From IMG/VR virus record IMGVR_UViG_3300043177_000003, positions 1 to 41,666 of that record: a stretch of 41,666 bases of DNA. One strand, 5' to 3'. Both the position numbers and the translations under genes were made by a program. Positions 17,372-28,066 of the stretch are shown in pieces. This DNA is from a virus (lineage: Duplodnaviria; Caudoviricetes). Every line of letters begins with the position of its first letter. Position 1 is the stretch's first letter. The notes beneath the pieces are model-generated. The model saw nothing but the letters and a program-made list of their open reading frames with translations, was not told the DNA's origin and did not search any database.

Positions 17372-19011
17372 TAGTTTAGATGTTTATTGAAAGCGACTCT
17401 TAGGGAATTATGGGCCACTCCGGACATACCCCGAAATCTAACTCTGAAAGCCACTTGTCGTGCCAAACATAGATTAGTCCACCGGACAGGATACTCTTTA
17501 CCTATCGTAGTGGGATTCCTTAATTGCAGGGTTGTCCAGTTACTGTAGTCTGCATTCTTAGTAAACGCCAGTTCTACAGTGTTATCTCCATAGTCCCCAA
17601 CAGCATCTACCGCTTTTATATGCTTCCTGTTTGTCGTATCCAAATCCTGAAGATCTGTGTAGAACTCAGCAGTAGAGGCAGCAATTCCTGGTTGTTTTGA
17701 GAAGAAGGTGTATTTAACGGAATTGGAGGTTAACTCCATTTTCGTCACTGACATGGTGGAGGAGAGTTGAGTACCTTCGCCTGATACATACCCAGTTGTG
17801 GCATAATCAGTTGTCCAATAGTCGGTTCCGATAAATGAACCGCTGATGTAGATTGGCCTTCCACCCATGTAATTGAGCAGGGCGTAACTATTGTAGAGTT
17901 GATTGGCGTCACTTCTTGCCCATTCCCACCAGATTTTAGCCTTTTCATTGAAAACGAATGTCCTATACGTTAGATCCGCAGTTTGGATTGTCATCGCAAA
18001 GGAGACATTTCCATATATATCTATCATTCCCAACGTAGCAGAATTGATAGCCTGTGGGTTACCTACGTCCAGTTCGTTATTCAACAGGAAATTTAGGTAG
18101 TCATCAGAAATCTTTTCTGCTTGGAAATTACGTATACGCCAGACAGCTAGTCCAGAGTTAGGAGCTTGTCCGATGAAATAGATGTCATCTCCATCTGCTA
18201 TGGTCTTGGTTTGGTCAATAGCACCAACCTTAATAGTCAAGTCCTCATGTCGGGAAAATGGAGAACCAATCTTATTGGCGTTATTATAGAAAAACTCTAT
18301 ACTGGACTTACCTAAACAACAAATTGTGTTCTTATGCTTATGAATATCAATTAGACCGTCAGCCTCGATCTCAGGTACAAAATAGTCCGTAGAGGTAGCA
18401 AATGTCGTATACGCTCCTTGCCCACTTGTAAAGACTCTACCTAAGGTAAGATTACCTATTACATGGTATCCGTCCACAAACAGACTTTTGAGGGTAGCTC
18501 CATGAGCCAAAGTAACTAAGGCACTTGAGGTAGTCAGGGAATCTGTTGTGTCGTTATACGTATATGCGTAGTATCCCCCGCTATTAGAGAAAACTCCCGC
18601 AACTATTGCATGTCCGTTCCCACTGTAATCCATAACCTTCTGCATGGACCTGAATATGGTATCCGAGGTTTCATGAGTCTCTCTGAGAACCACATCCCCA
18701 GATGTCTCCAGACGATAGATGTATTTGTCCTTGGCAAAGAGGTATGTTTCTCTATCAAAGCAATTGATTACTCCTGTCGTAGCGGGAGTAATCCCTATCG
18801 TAGTCTCCAAAGTTACTAGAGGAGGGGCTTTCAGAAGCTTAAAATCAGGTTTATCCCCAACCATGAATTTAGGTTGTGGAAAGCAATTTATATACCTCTG
18901 GCCCTGTTGAGCTACCCAGTTCCTCGTATGCGAGGTATATGTTTGACTCCCCACAGCGGGGATATCAAACACATTATGGGTACTGACCTCTGGTTCTTTG
19001 GTGTATGCCAT
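17371..19011 (-). CDS. Packaged-DNA stabilisation/tail nozzle protein (P22 gp10-like)
   Basis: 546 aa beta-rich; DGYHV, LGKSSIEFFYN and VRWTNL..ARQVAFRVRF patterns; follows the adaptor gene. Confidence 0.75.
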   Translation of the reverse strand: MAYTKEPEVSTHNVFDIPAVGSQTYTSHTRNWVAQQGQRYINCFPQPKFMVGDKPDFKLLKAPPLVTLETTIGITPATTGVINCFDRETYLFAKDKYIYRLETSGDVVLRETHETSDTIFRSMQKVMDYSGNGHAIVAGVFSNSGGYYAYTYNDTTDSLTTSSALVTLAHGATLKSLFVDGYHVIGNLTLGRVFTSGQGAYTTFATSTDYFVPEIEADGLIDIHKHKNTICCLGKSSIEFFYNNANKIGSPFSRHEDLTIKVGAIDQTKTIADGDDIYFIGQAPNSGLAVWRIRNFQAEKISDDYLNFLLNNELDVGNPQAINSATLGMIDIYGNVSFAMTIQTADLTYRTFVFNEKAKIWWEWARSDANQLYNSYALLNYMGGRPIYISGSFIGTDYWTTDYATTGYVSGEGTQLSSTMSVTKMELTSNSVKYTFFSKQPGIAASTAEFYTDLQDLDTTNRKHIKAVDAVGDYGDNTVELAFTKNADYSNWTTLQLRNPTTIGKEYPVRWTNLCLARQVAFRVRFRGMSGVAHNSLRVAFNKHLN

Positions 19012-19721
19012 TAAACGTATCTAGGAATGATAAATAAAGAGCCCTCTTCTTGATCGAAGGACTTGGTTTCATCCAGAATATCCTTGGCTTCTTTATTTAA
19101 GGCAGCACGTTCTGCTGGAGGAAGTCCATATGTAGGAGCTAACCGCACAGCCAGATTATAAATAAGAGCTTCATGCCACTCGACAGGAAAATCAGGTTCG
19201 TCCGTAGACGAGTTCATATCCTGGAATGGACGTTGATAACGAAGATATAGAGTCTTGGTCTGCCAGTATGTGTCTGGCCTGGGCCAAAGGGCAATCCTTC
19301 CTGTGGTACGGAGAGGTTGATAAAACAAATGTACTGGAGCACCAATCATTGTCTTATCTGAGAGATTATTATAATCAGTCCAGGTATAGATGTTTAGTTC
19401 AGTTTCGTCACTAGCATCTCCACGCAAGGCTTGCAGAACCTTGAGGGGTTTGTCTAATTGATTGATGGCTTGGCTAGGTCCAATATTAACTTCTGATGCA
19501 GACGCCCAGAATGACAGAGGAATCTCGATTTGAGTCGTAGCCCAAAGAGGCATTCCTAATGTCTGGAATTTCTTTATCATTGGGTTTAGGGCGTCTATCC
19601 CCACCTGCAAACGAACATCATCCAGAGTCTCATAATCTCCGAGAGCCCCAACCTTACGTAGAGCATCCCTGATTATGGAGTTTCTGGATGAAGTCCAGGT
19701 ATATGTCCCGGAAGTTGCCAT
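19011..19721 (-). CDS. Head-tail adaptor (P22 gp4-like position)
   Basis: MATSGTY..IIRDALRKVG and DFPVEWHEALIYNLAVRLAP.YG motifs. Confidence 0.75.
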   Translation of the reverse strand: MATSGTYTWTSSRNSIIRDALRKVGALGDYETLDDVRLQVGIDALNPMIKKFQTLGMPLWATTQIEIPLSFWASASEVNIGPSQAINQLDKPLKVLQALRGDASDETELNIYTWTDYNNLSDKTMIGAPVHLFYQPLRTTGRIALWPRPDTYWQTKTLYLRYQRPFQDMNSSTDEPDFPVEWHEALIYNLAVRLAPTYGLPPAERAALNKEAKDILDETKSFDQEEGSLFIIPRYV

Positions 19722-19915
19722 TAGACCCAATCTCCTGCCACAGCTTTAAGGTTTGCTTTAGCATTATCAAATGTGGTTTGTGCTGAAGTACGAGCATCCT
19801 GCAAAGACTGTCTCTCTGCATTTACTGCGGTTAGTCTTTGTTGGAGACTTTGTAGATTATTATACGCCATTTCTACTGCTCTGGCTGCTTGAAGAACGTC
19901 AGCTAATGTACTCAT
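19721..19915 (-). CDS. Small coiled-coil protein
   Basis: Heptad pattern; tightly coupled within the operon. Confidence 0.65.
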   Translation of the reverse strand: MSTLADVLQAARAVEMAYNNLQSLQQRLTAVNAERQSLQDARTSAQTTFDNAKANLKAVAGDWV

Positions 19916-19916
19916 A

Positions 19917-20456
19917 TTAAAAATCTACTGTAGCATTCATTGTAAAATTAGTTGGTCCAGCCACAACATTGGTACCTCCAATATCAGTAGCAATTCTAAC
20001 GGATACTACTCCGGATGTTGTTCCGACTCCTGAAATTCCAGAGCGGGAAACATACCATTGTCTTGCAGTACTTAATGCTAACCAAGTACCTAAACTTGCG
20101 CCACTTGGAGAAGTACCACTGACATAATCTGCCCTGATATAATAATTATTACCTATATTAGCTGTAATTGGTGATCCCCATGCACCAGAATTAGACCCAT
20201 TACTGGAGATAGATGCATCACTATTAAACTGCATTCTGGCAGTAGAATCAGTTGGATAAATGGAAGTTTTGCTATAAATAGTATCTCCACTAAATCCTGG
20301 GGTAAAGGACGGAGGAGAACTTACTTGGTATACTTTCCTTGCAGCAATTCCGTCATGAACCCAAACTTCCTGAACAGTTCGTGTAGCTGTACCGTCATGG
20401 ACATGAACTGCCGTAACAGTTCTTGTCGCAGTACCGTCATGTACGTGGAAAGTCAT
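19917..20456 (-). CDS. Putative tail-fibre tip/adhesin protein
   Basis: Three 14-aa N-terminal repeats (VHDGTATRTV) followed by a Ser/Gly/Thr-rich beta domain. Confidence 0.6.
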   Translation of the reverse strand: MTFHVHDGTATRTVTAVHVHDGTATRTVQEVWVHDGIAARKVYQVSSPPSFTPGFSGDTIYSKTSIYPTDSTARMQFNSDASISSNGSNSGAWGSPITANIGNNYYIRADYVSGTSPSGASLGTWLALSTARQWYVSRSGISGVGTTSGVVSVRIATDIGGTNVVAGPTNFTMNATVDF

Positions 20457-20457
20457 A

Positions 20458-20913
20458 TCACCAGATTAAACAAATATCACCTTGGGACATCTCCGGGGGT
20501 GATCCACTTTGTTGAACTATAATTTTTCCAAGACCATTATTACTAGAAAAACCACGTCCAAAAATACGCCCTTCTACTGTCATAGTAGCCGATGGGGCAT
20601 CAAACGCCCCAACTATAGCATATCCTGCCCCACTATTTTTACCTATATTTAATTTAATGCCAGTTTCAGATGCCCATATTCCCCATAAACCAGTATCATC
20701 GAAGGTTATACCACCGCCGTATGGACCTGTTACCTTGATTGCTGTTGCTCTATTCGCATTTGGATCAAATGTGCTTGATGTTGCCACAACCTGCCCAGTA
20801 AATGACGGGGAGGCTAATTCAGCTTTATCTGTATTTAGATTAGTAAAGTTATTGTCTACCTCAGTGAAGGTTAAGGCAGAACCCTTTACATTACGAAGTG
20901 TGATAGAAGTCAT
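20458..20913 (-). CDS. Short tail fibre protein
   Basis: ITLRNVKGSALTFTEVDNNFTNLNTDK anchor, KAELASPSFTG, and C-terminal PPEMSQGDICLIW. Confidence 0.7.
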   Translation of the reverse strand: MTSITLRNVKGSALTFTEVDNNFTNLNTDKAELASPSFTGQVVATSSTFDPNANRATAIKVTGPYGGGITFDDTGLWGIWASETGIKLNIGKNSGAGYAIVGAFDAPSATMTVEGRIFGRGFSSNNGLGKIIVQQSGSPPEMSQGDICLIW

Positions 20914-22487
20914 TATGAGTTAGTCGAACGAGAAGTTTCACACCACTGTGATACAGCAGCATTATACATTAGGGTTAATGTTGTTCCTCTGATACCAAGT
21001 GTGAAATCAGCAGCACCTGCCAAATTTATATTTCCTGTGAGGTGTTTAACAACAACATCTCGGGCATCGTTGGCGCATCTAAGAACTATGACTTGCCCCT
21101 CCCTTGCCCAATTAGTTGTTATTGTATCCAGATCATCTGTGGCGCCGGCAGACTCAGTATCAACAATAATCAAAGTAGTTTTAGGATTTGCAACAGTTAT
21201 AACTCCACTGGCAATCGTGGCTGCTTCAATCATTGGATATCCATCATACTCCCATGAATTATTATCTGAGGCAGTTGTAAATGTAACCATTGAATAAATA
21301 TCACCAGTACGCACGCGAGGATTAACCATACGGGATAGGCGTACGTGATTATATTGAGATCCAGTGTCAAATATTGCTACTTTACCTGTAGTATTGATCT
21401 CATCAATCTGTGAAAAATGAACATAATTATCTGTAGCACCAGAACGAAATCTTACTGCCTGACGCACATTCCGTACATTCCTAACTATTACATTTACAAA
21501 ACTATTGTTTTTACAATTTGTATCCAGATTAAGTCCGCTTTCACCTGGATAAGTTCCCGCATTACTTGATGCCATATCTATATAGATATTTGAAGCAGAC
21601 ATGTGTTCCATATAGGAAGCCTCGAATCCTCCCTCGCAATCAGAAATTCTTATATTCTGAAGAGTGCAGTATTGAGTTTTAGCAGCACCATCATCGTTCC
21701 CAAATCCTACTCCAACAGTGCAATTAGAAGCATCACAATCTGTCATATATCCATAACGACAATCATTCTTGAATTGAAGACCATAACCAGGACTAGCTAC
21801 TCCATTATCCTTGGATAAACCAGTTATAGAACATCCTGTATACCCACAATAATCTACTTCTGCAAATAACATTCCATTTGCAGCATTTCCAAGTCCATCA
21901 GCCGAAACTCGATTCAAGACACAATTTTTATGCGTTGCCGGATTAGTTGCGTATATCAAAACTGCTGCATTTTTCCAATCAGTTATATGAACGTCTTCTA
22001 TCAAAACATTAGATGTATCCACTATGGCAATACCATGATTGGCACTGGCATGGGCGTACACAGAATGCTTACAATTTATCGTAAATCCTTTAAGACAATA
22101 TCCGACACTACTCGCAGCACCATTTAAAAAAGTCCCATTCCCATCTAAATGTTCTAGAACTGTGGCACGTTTCCCCGCTCCAATTATTGCCCATGATTTT
22201 GTCCCCGCTCCCATTTGAATATTACGACAACGAATTGTTCCTGGAGGAAGAAAGAGAATACCGCCGTTTGCCTTTATATAAGTTACTGCAGCAGTCATGG
22301 CCGTTGTATCATCGGTGGTCCCATCAGCTACAACACCAAAATCCTTTGCATTAATTAATTCAGTGAATTTCTGTTTAACAGTGCGAGAAGTCGGGCCGGC
22401 TCCGGCAGTATAGATATTCTCGTCTACGTCATTTAACCATGACGAAACGATTACAGTCTCTCTATCTACGAAATTAGTGGTAGCCAT
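20913..22487 (-). CDS. Tailspike with pectate-lyase-like right-handed beta-helix
   Basis: NAKDFGVVADGTTDDTTAM..A..GGILFLPPG cap followed by parallel beta-helix repeats. Confidence 0.85.
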   Translation of the reverse strand: MATTNFVDRETVIVSSWLNDVDENIYTAGAGPTSRTVKQKFTELINAKDFGVVADGTTDDTTAMTAAVTYIKANGGILFLPPGTIRCRNIQMGAGTKSWAIIGAGKRATVLEHLDGNGTFLNGAASSVGYCLKGFTINCKHSVYAHASANHGIAIVDTSNVLIEDVHITDWKNAAVLIYATNPATHKNCVLNRVSADGLGNAANGMLFAEVDYCGYTGCSITGLSKDNGVASPGYGLQFKNDCRYGYMTDCDASNCTVGVGFGNDDGAAKTQYCTLQNIRISDCEGGFEASYMEHMSASNIYIDMASSNAGTYPGESGLNLDTNCKNNSFVNVIVRNVRNVRQAVRFRSGATDNYVHFSQIDEINTTGKVAIFDTGSQYNHVRLSRMVNPRVRTGDIYSMVTFTTASDNNSWEYDGYPMIEAATIASGVITVANPKTTLIIVDTESAGATDDLDTITTNWAREGQVIVLRCANDARDVVVKHLTGNINLAGAADFTLGIRGTTLTLMYNAAVSQWCETSRSTNS

Positions 22488-22747
22488 TATTCATTCCATG
22501 AAACATTTTGCCCTGCTATGGCTATTCCAGCTATGGCAGGCATATAGATAGTAACTGATTCTTCATTAGAGTATGGTACGTCAATATTCTCATCCCTGCC
22601 CTTAAGAAAGTCCAGCGGATGCCGTGGTTCCCAATCTGCTTTACAAACATATTCACCATCCCACCGAAGTTTAGTTTCTTCGGCACGATACTTAAATCCA
22701 CATACAGGACAGTGATACCACCAAGAACCAGCTTTATATGATTCCAT
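22487..22747 (-). CDS. Small Cys-containing phage protein
   Basis: CPVCGFKY...WDG..VC..DWEPRHPLDF pattern. Confidence 0.75.
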   Translation of the reverse strand: MESYKAGSWWYHCPVCGFKYRAEETKLRWDGEYVCKADWEPRHPLDFLKGRDENIDVPYSNEESVTIYMPAIAGIAIAGQNVSWNE

Positions 22748-22980
22748 TATTTATCAGCTTTTTGTTTAAGTTCTGTACGAATTTCTCGAAGTTCGTGGAG
22801 AATTTCGTTATGAAGTTCTCTGATCTCATCTCTTGGCATATATGTCCTACCAACTTCCTCCCTGAGTCTAGAAATGTCCCGCCTAAGATCAGACATAGCA
22901 GACCATAATTCCCGGAGAAGCCACCCCCCGACAAGAGCACCTATATATAGAAGGTAGACTGACAATTGTTCCCAAGGCAT
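22747..22980 (-). CDS. Small membrane protein (TM plus coiled coil), possible lysis accessory
   Basis: N-terminal hydrophobic helix followed by a charged coiled coil ending KADK. Confidence 0.65.
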   Translation of the reverse strand: MPWEQLSVYLLYIGALVGGWLLRELWSAMSDLRRDISRLREEVGRTYMPRDEIRELHNEILHELREIRTELKQKADK

Positions 22981-22981
22981 A

Positions 22982-25693
22982 TTATCCCCATGTAATTCGT
23001 GTGGTTGTTGGAGTAGCTTTGTATCCAGTAATACTATCAGCAGATTCTGCCTCTAGGGCGGGGTTAACTAGACGATGTTTTGGAGCCCAACGAATTGGTC
23101 TTGCTGAAACAGTCTCAATTACCTGTTTAAGTAAGTATCCTTGTGGAAGTTTGACAGTAAACGCTTGTGCAACATTGGTTTCAAATGCTTGATTTAATAC
23201 CTTGCCACGAGACGGACGAACTATCTGAGCAGAATCAGTATTTGTAGCTTGTCCAATCTGCTTGACTTTCCTCTTACCTATCGCTATGGCTGAGTTAGTC
23301 TCTATGACAAACTGTACTACGCCACCAACCGAGAAGTTGAATGCAGTATCTGTCTCGACTACTTGCCCAATATTCCTACCTTTACGGATCGTAGCTTGTG
23401 TAGCAGTATCCGTTTCGGAAGGTTGACCAATTGCTTTTTGCTTACGTTTTGTTGGAGAGAGTCCAGTATTGGTCTCTATAGCTATACCAAGAGTGTACTT
23501 GCGATGCTTGGTAAAGGCTTGGGCAGTATCAGCCTCAGCAACTATAGTAACCGGAATCTTTCTACCACCACCCAACGATTGAGCAGTGTCGGTTTCTACG
23601 GATTGATTTACACCCTTGACTTTAGCCTTGGACAGAGCAAATCCGGAATCAGTCTCCGAGGCTTGTCCAATCGCATATGTACTTCTTGGAGTTACTATTT
23701 GTCCAGTATCGGTTTCCTGGCTCTGACTAATACCCTTGGCTTTACGCTTAGTTATAGTTAGAGAAGTGTGTACGTCAGTTGCAGTATTTACTGCGATGAT
23801 GTACTGAGCATTGCGAGCAAAGTCGTATGCCCATGGGAAACCAAACGGACCTATACCAGATACATCAGCATTTGGTCTTGGGCCAACTATGGCAACTGGT
23901 CTAGAAGTATTGGTCTCTACTGCCTGACCAACAGATATAACTGTATTATTAAATGGAAGGGCTGTGTCAGTCTCTAGGGATTGGCCTATCGCTTTCTTCT
24001 TGGCCTTTCCTATTGCTTGGGAGGTATTTGTTTCAGTAATCTGTCCAAGCAGACGAGTCTTTTTCTTACCTAGTGATTGGGCCGAGTTAGTCTCTATTGC
24101 CTCATCACCGAAATGCTTCTTGCGCTTTCCAACAGGGTTAGCTGTATCAGTCTCTACAGCTTGTCCAATCAGGATCGAACCAAATACAACTAAAGTCTGA
24201 GCAGTATTAGTTTCAGTGATTAATCCAATACCCTTGACTTTCTTCTTACCCAGTACTCCGGAAGTATCAGTTTCCGAAGCTTGATTTGCTAAAATTCTAT
24301 CTGCTAATGGGAAGAGACTATTGGTTTCAATAGCCTGCCCAACTGCAATAAGTTTATCTTGTAATAAAGTAGTTGCTGTATTTGTCTCTGAAGCTTGCCC
24401 AATACCCTTACGCTTCAGTTTACCCATCGATCGGCCAGGATTGGTTTCCGCGGCCTGACCAACAGCAATCTGTTTGGATCTATTTGCTACAAAATCATAA
24501 TACCCAGGGCGATTAGTTACTCCAATGCCGGATACATCTGCCTGGAAACGATCCTTTATAACTACTTGGGCAGTGTTGGTCTCGGATGCCTGACCAACGC
24601 CCTTTTGTTTCTTTTTACCTATTGCCTGAGCAATATTATTCTCGGCCATTGCCTGGCCGACAGGAATAATCTGCCCACCGCCCTGCTCTACAGTAAACTG
24701 TTGAGCAGTATTTGTCTCAGTAACCTGTCCTACTGAAACAATCTGAAAATCATGAAATGCGTAATTCCATGGGCGATTTCCAAGACCAAGACCAGAAACC
24801 TCAGCATCACTACGATCTGCCGCAGGGACTTGAGGAGTTATTACTTGGGCAGTATCAGTCTCTGAGGGTTGCCCAAGTAACTTGTTCTTTTTCTCTGTTA
24901 ATGCACCGCCAGTATCAGTCTCAGAAGGTTGACCAATAGCCTTCTGTTTCTTTCTGGTCATTGCAGAGAGACCTGTATCAGTCTCGGATGCCTGACCTAC
25001 TGAACGTGTTTCTGCTACATTCTCTCTTAATCTGATGGTACGCCAGGAATAATGATCTGGACCGCCTGTCAGAGAATAAATCGGAGAAGCTTGCTCAGTT
25101 GGTGACGCTACTAGACGGCTTGCAACCGTCATAGAAGCATCTGATCCTAGAGTACTAGCTCCAGTGCCATTTTGTGTCCAACCATTCGCCGTACCTAACG
25201 ATACTGTATTATCGTCTGATGTTTGAAGAAGTTGGACAAGAAAAACATTACTATGTGTGGTTGTAGTATTGGGAGGCTGTGGAGATGAGGATGTTCCTAA
25301 ACCACTACTATTTCCACTTGATGTTAAAGTTACTGGATCTGATGGATGCCAACCAACTGAAGATCTATAAACTACAGCTAACGCATAAAGGCCCCCTCCA
25401 TTAGATGCGCCAGTATTCCATGTAATACTTGGATTACTTTCTGATGAACCGGCAGTTTTATGGTAGCAGTTGGTATAAATACCCGCCGCGCCATAATCGA
25501 ATCCATTTAAACTTCCAACCTCAGTATAACCACTGGGCGCAGTAGTGATCGAGGGGGTGGGGGAGTCCTCCCCATTCCCTACCAACAGTATGATACGGTC
25601 GCCGCTCTGTATACCCGATGGAAGGGTAATCGTCAGCGTCGTTGAAGACGCTGTTGCTGAGAATTGCGGCGTTCCGACTAGTGAGACTGACAT
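22982..25693 (-). CDS. Long repeat fibre protein (903 aa)
   Basis: About 225-aa beta domain, then about 29 approx. 20-aa (I/V)GQxxET(D/N)T repeats counted by hand. Confidence 0.75.
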   Translation of the reverse strand: MSVSLVGTPQFSATASSTTLTITLPSGIQSGDRIILLVGNGEDSPTPSITTAPSGYTEVGSLNGFDYGAAGIYTNCYHKTAGSSESNPSITWNTGASNGGGLYALAVVYRSSVGWHPSDPVTLTSSGNSSGLGTSSSPQPPNTTTTHSNVFLVQLLQTSDDNTVSLGTANGWTQNGTGASTLGSDASMTVASRLVASPTEQASPIYSLTGGPDHYSWRTIRLRENVAETRSVGQASETDTGLSAMTRKKQKAIGQPSETDTGGALTEKKNKLLGQPSETDTAQVITPQVPAADRSDAEVSGLGLGNRPWNYAFHDFQIVSVGQVTETNTAQQFTVEQGGGQIIPVGQAMAENNIAQAIGKKKQKGVGQASETNTAQVVIKDRFQADVSGIGVTNRPGYYDFVANRSKQIAVGQAAETNPGRSMGKLKRKGIGQASETNTATTLLQDKLIAVGQAIETNSLFPLADRILANQASETDTSGVLGKKKVKGIGLITETNTAQTLVVFGSILIGQAVETDTANPVGKRKKHFGDEAIETNSAQSLGKKKTRLLGQITETNTSQAIGKAKKKAIGQSLETDTALPFNNTVISVGQAVETNTSRPVAIVGPRPNADVSGIGPFGFPWAYDFARNAQYIIAVNTATDVHTSLTITKRKAKGISQSQETDTGQIVTPRSTYAIGQASETDSGFALSKAKVKGVNQSVETDTAQSLGGGRKIPVTIVAEADTAQAFTKHRKYTLGIAIETNTGLSPTKRKQKAIGQPSETDTATQATIRKGRNIGQVVETDTAFNFSVGGVVQFVIETNSAIAIGKRKVKQIGQATNTDSAQIVRPSRGKVLNQAFETNVAQAFTVKLPQGYLLKQVIETVSARPIRWAPKHRLVNPALEAESADSITGYKATPTTTRITWG

Positions 25694-25709
25694 CGGACGC
25701 CTTGGCTAC

Positions 25710-26291
25710 TTAAGCGATTGCGATTACGTCGCCAGTAGCAGGAGTAGCGGGTAGAATATCGTTAGTATGGAGAGTTAAAACTGTAGTTCCAGAAGTAGCA
25801 GTGTTAGCAGTAATCCGTGCTCCACAACCACGTAGAGCCAAAGTTGCCGTATCCGAAGTAAAGAATGCTCTACGTCCAGCAAGAGCATTGGCACCCACTG
25901 AATTGCCTCCACCCATCGTATTAATAGTAGATAGAGTGATTTGAGTAGTTGTATTTCCAGTAGAATTTACTGTACCATACATCATCGTCTTAGCCGATGC
26001 ATTGAGTACGTCTGATACAAATTTAGCTTGAGTATACGCCTGGATTGTAACATTCGCTGCATTAGTATTCTCAAATGTAAATGCTACATGATCGTAATTG
26101 GTATCCCCAGCCGTAGTCACATAAGTCCAGAATCCCTTTCCCTCGTGAGTAGCTGTCGTATTACCGGCTGCAGCTTGAGTACCTCCATCTCCGGTGACGA
26201 ATACATTCGTAGTACCAGTCGTCACCGCCGTACCATCGGTTTTATTCAACAGTTGTGCGCCAACAATCTGGCTTGCTGTATTCTTAAACAT
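25710..26291 (-). CDS. Putative structural protein (Thr-rich)
   Basis: AAGGAG RBS; within the fibre block. Confidence 0.65.
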   Translation of the reverse strand: MFKNTASQIVGAQLLNKTDGTAVTTGTTNVFVTGDGGTQAAAGNTTATHEGKGFWTYVTTAGDTNYDHVAFTFENTNAANVTIQAYTQAKFVSDVLNASAKTMMYGTVNSTGNTTTQITLSTINTMGGGNSVGANALAGRRAFFTSDTATLALRGCGARITANTATSGTTVLTLHTNDILPATPATGDVIAIA

Positions 26292-26300
26292 TACTACTCC

Positions 26301-26993
26301 TTAATCAATATATTGATTAGCATTATGAAATATTGCTGCAGATACCCCACCCACAAACGGATCTGGCGTTGTATCCATGAGCAGCAGACTGCCAGAATTT
26401 CCAGCGCCGCCACCGGATCGCGTGAATGTCGCCGTTCCAGTCGAGCCACCAACCGAAAGTGCTTTGGATGAAACATTGAAAGCGACAGTCGATGATCCGT
26501 CCACATGTTCTGTGAATGCCGCATCGTGTGTCCACGCACCCCAGTTGTTCGCATAGGAAACCGCAATCCACAGCGAATTGTTGTAGCCACTCGTCACCGA
26601 TGGCGCGATCTTGCCATCGTTGGTGTCTGGCGTCGAGAATCCTGTCGCCTCAAACGGATTGCCCGTCGCGTAGGCGCCGTTCCAGCGCGTGATATAGCCA
26701 CTGCGGCCGAGCGAATTGGTCCACGACCACGTATACGATCCAGACCCGCCGCCAGCCACGCGATACCAGTACGTTAACCAGTGTTCTTGCACGCCACCTG
26801 TGTTGACGTACTGATCAGAAATCAGGGTCCATCCAGAGGGCGGGCTCAGTCCGGCAATCGTATCTGACGTTTCGGCGACGTAGATGTGCGCGATCAGAAT
26901 ATCGTCGTTAGTCTGACCCGATGGTGCCGTGATCGAAATTGACGTAGCCACACCATACGAGACATTCCCGGATGCGTTAACGAAAGCTGCCAT
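26301..26993 (-). CDS. Putative adhesin-domain protein, similar to the N-terminal domain of the 903-aa fibre
   Basis: ITAPSG..NDDILIA...PPSGWTLI resembles ITLPSG..SGDRIIL...APSGYTEV. Confidence 0.65.
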   Translation of the reverse strand: MAAFVNASGNVSYGVATSISITAPSGQTNDDILIAHIYVAETSDTIAGLSPPSGWTLISDQYVNTGGVQEHWLTYWYRVAGGGSGSYTWSWTNSLGRSGYITRWNGAYATGNPFEATGFSTPDTNDGKIAPSVTSGYNNSLWIAVSYANNWGAWTHDAAFTEHVDGSSTVAFNVSSKALSVGGSTGTATFTRSGGGAGNSGSLLLMDTTPDPFVGGVSAAIFHNANQYID

Positions 26994-26995
26994 TG

Positions 26996-28066
26996 TTATT
27001 GATGCCTGTAAACAAACATTTTGGTCGTGCTCGCCGTACCATCAGTACAGGCCCACACCATTACACCAAAGGCATGGTTGGCATCGGCCGGAACAGCCCA
27101 GCAGAACGCATGATTGGCATTGGAGTAGATAAACGGGTCCGGCGGCGAGTGCCCGCCACCGAGTGTCGTCCATGTCCCGCTGCCTGTCGGGTCTAGCTTC
27201 GCAATCGCGCCGGACTCGTGGATGGCAATGAAGGTGCCGGAAACCGGATCGCAAACAATACGGCCCTCGTTGCCTCCGGTATCCGTTGCCACGCCAAACG
27301 GCGAATTCGGCATTGCCGTTACAGTGCGATCGGCATTCAGGCGCCACCAATGCACGTTGTCCGGGGAGTTGCCGCCGCCAAACACTGCGCAGTTGTGGAC
27401 TGCAGAGTAGGACGCCACGGAGTGATAGACGTTGCTGCTGCCGGATACAGAGATATACGGAAACCACGACGCATTACCAAGATCGTAAATCTGGATGCGG
27501 TTGTTGCCACTGTTCCAGCAGACGATTGCGCCACTACCCGCTGAGCCGGTCATGCTGCCGGACCAGAAGCAATTGCCCTCAAAAACTTGCACATAGGTTC
27601 CGAACGACGACAACGTAGACCACGAGTATTCTGTTGGACTCGCCTGGTAGACCGTGTTGTCGTTGTACGGCCTGTGATACAGCACGCCTGTAGCCGGGTT
27701 GAGTATATTCCCGTCGCCACCGTGACCTGTTGTTCCGAACGCACTGACGTTACTGTTCACGACGTACCACGAATGGTTTTGTTCCCTATAGGCAACGTGA
27801 ACATACGGATAGGAGCTTGACCGCTTGCCCTGAAAATGCGCAGACGGACCAGTTACACCGCCGATGTTTCTAGAAGTCGGGTCCCAGCCACAGTCGTTGC
27901 TCTGCGTGCAGATCACTGAACCGCTCTGCGCCAACGCGGTACCCATGTTTGACGCCTCAGAAAGCTGCACCCACGACCCTGCCGTCATCCCGGCAATGGC
28001 CTGCGCAAGCACTGTCGCCGGAGGACTGCCAACCACGACGTTAAAGGCATTTGACGTAAGCGCCAT
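26996..28066 (-). CDS. Putative beta-propeller receptor-binding protein
   Basis: Repeated Kelch-like blades (FGGGN, YDL...W, LDP.....WT); GC-rich. Confidence 0.6.
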   Translation of the reverse strand: MALTSNAFNVVVGSPPATVLAQAIAGMTAGSWVQLSEASNMGTALAQSGSVICTQSNDCGWDPTSRNIGGVTGPSAHFQGKRSSSYPYVHVAYREQNHSWYVVNSNVSAFGTTGHGGDGNILNPATGVLYHRPYNDNTVYQASPTEYSWSTLSSFGTYVQVFEGNCFWSGSMTGSAGSGAIVCWNSGNNRIQIYDLGNASWFPYISVSGSSNVYHSVASYSAVHNCAVFGGGNSPDNVHWWRLNADRTVTAMPNSPFGVATDTGGNEGRIVCDPVSGTFIAIHESGAIAKLDPTGSGTWTTLGGGHSPPDPFIYSNANHAFCWAVPADANHAFGVMVWACTDGTASTTKMFVYRHQ

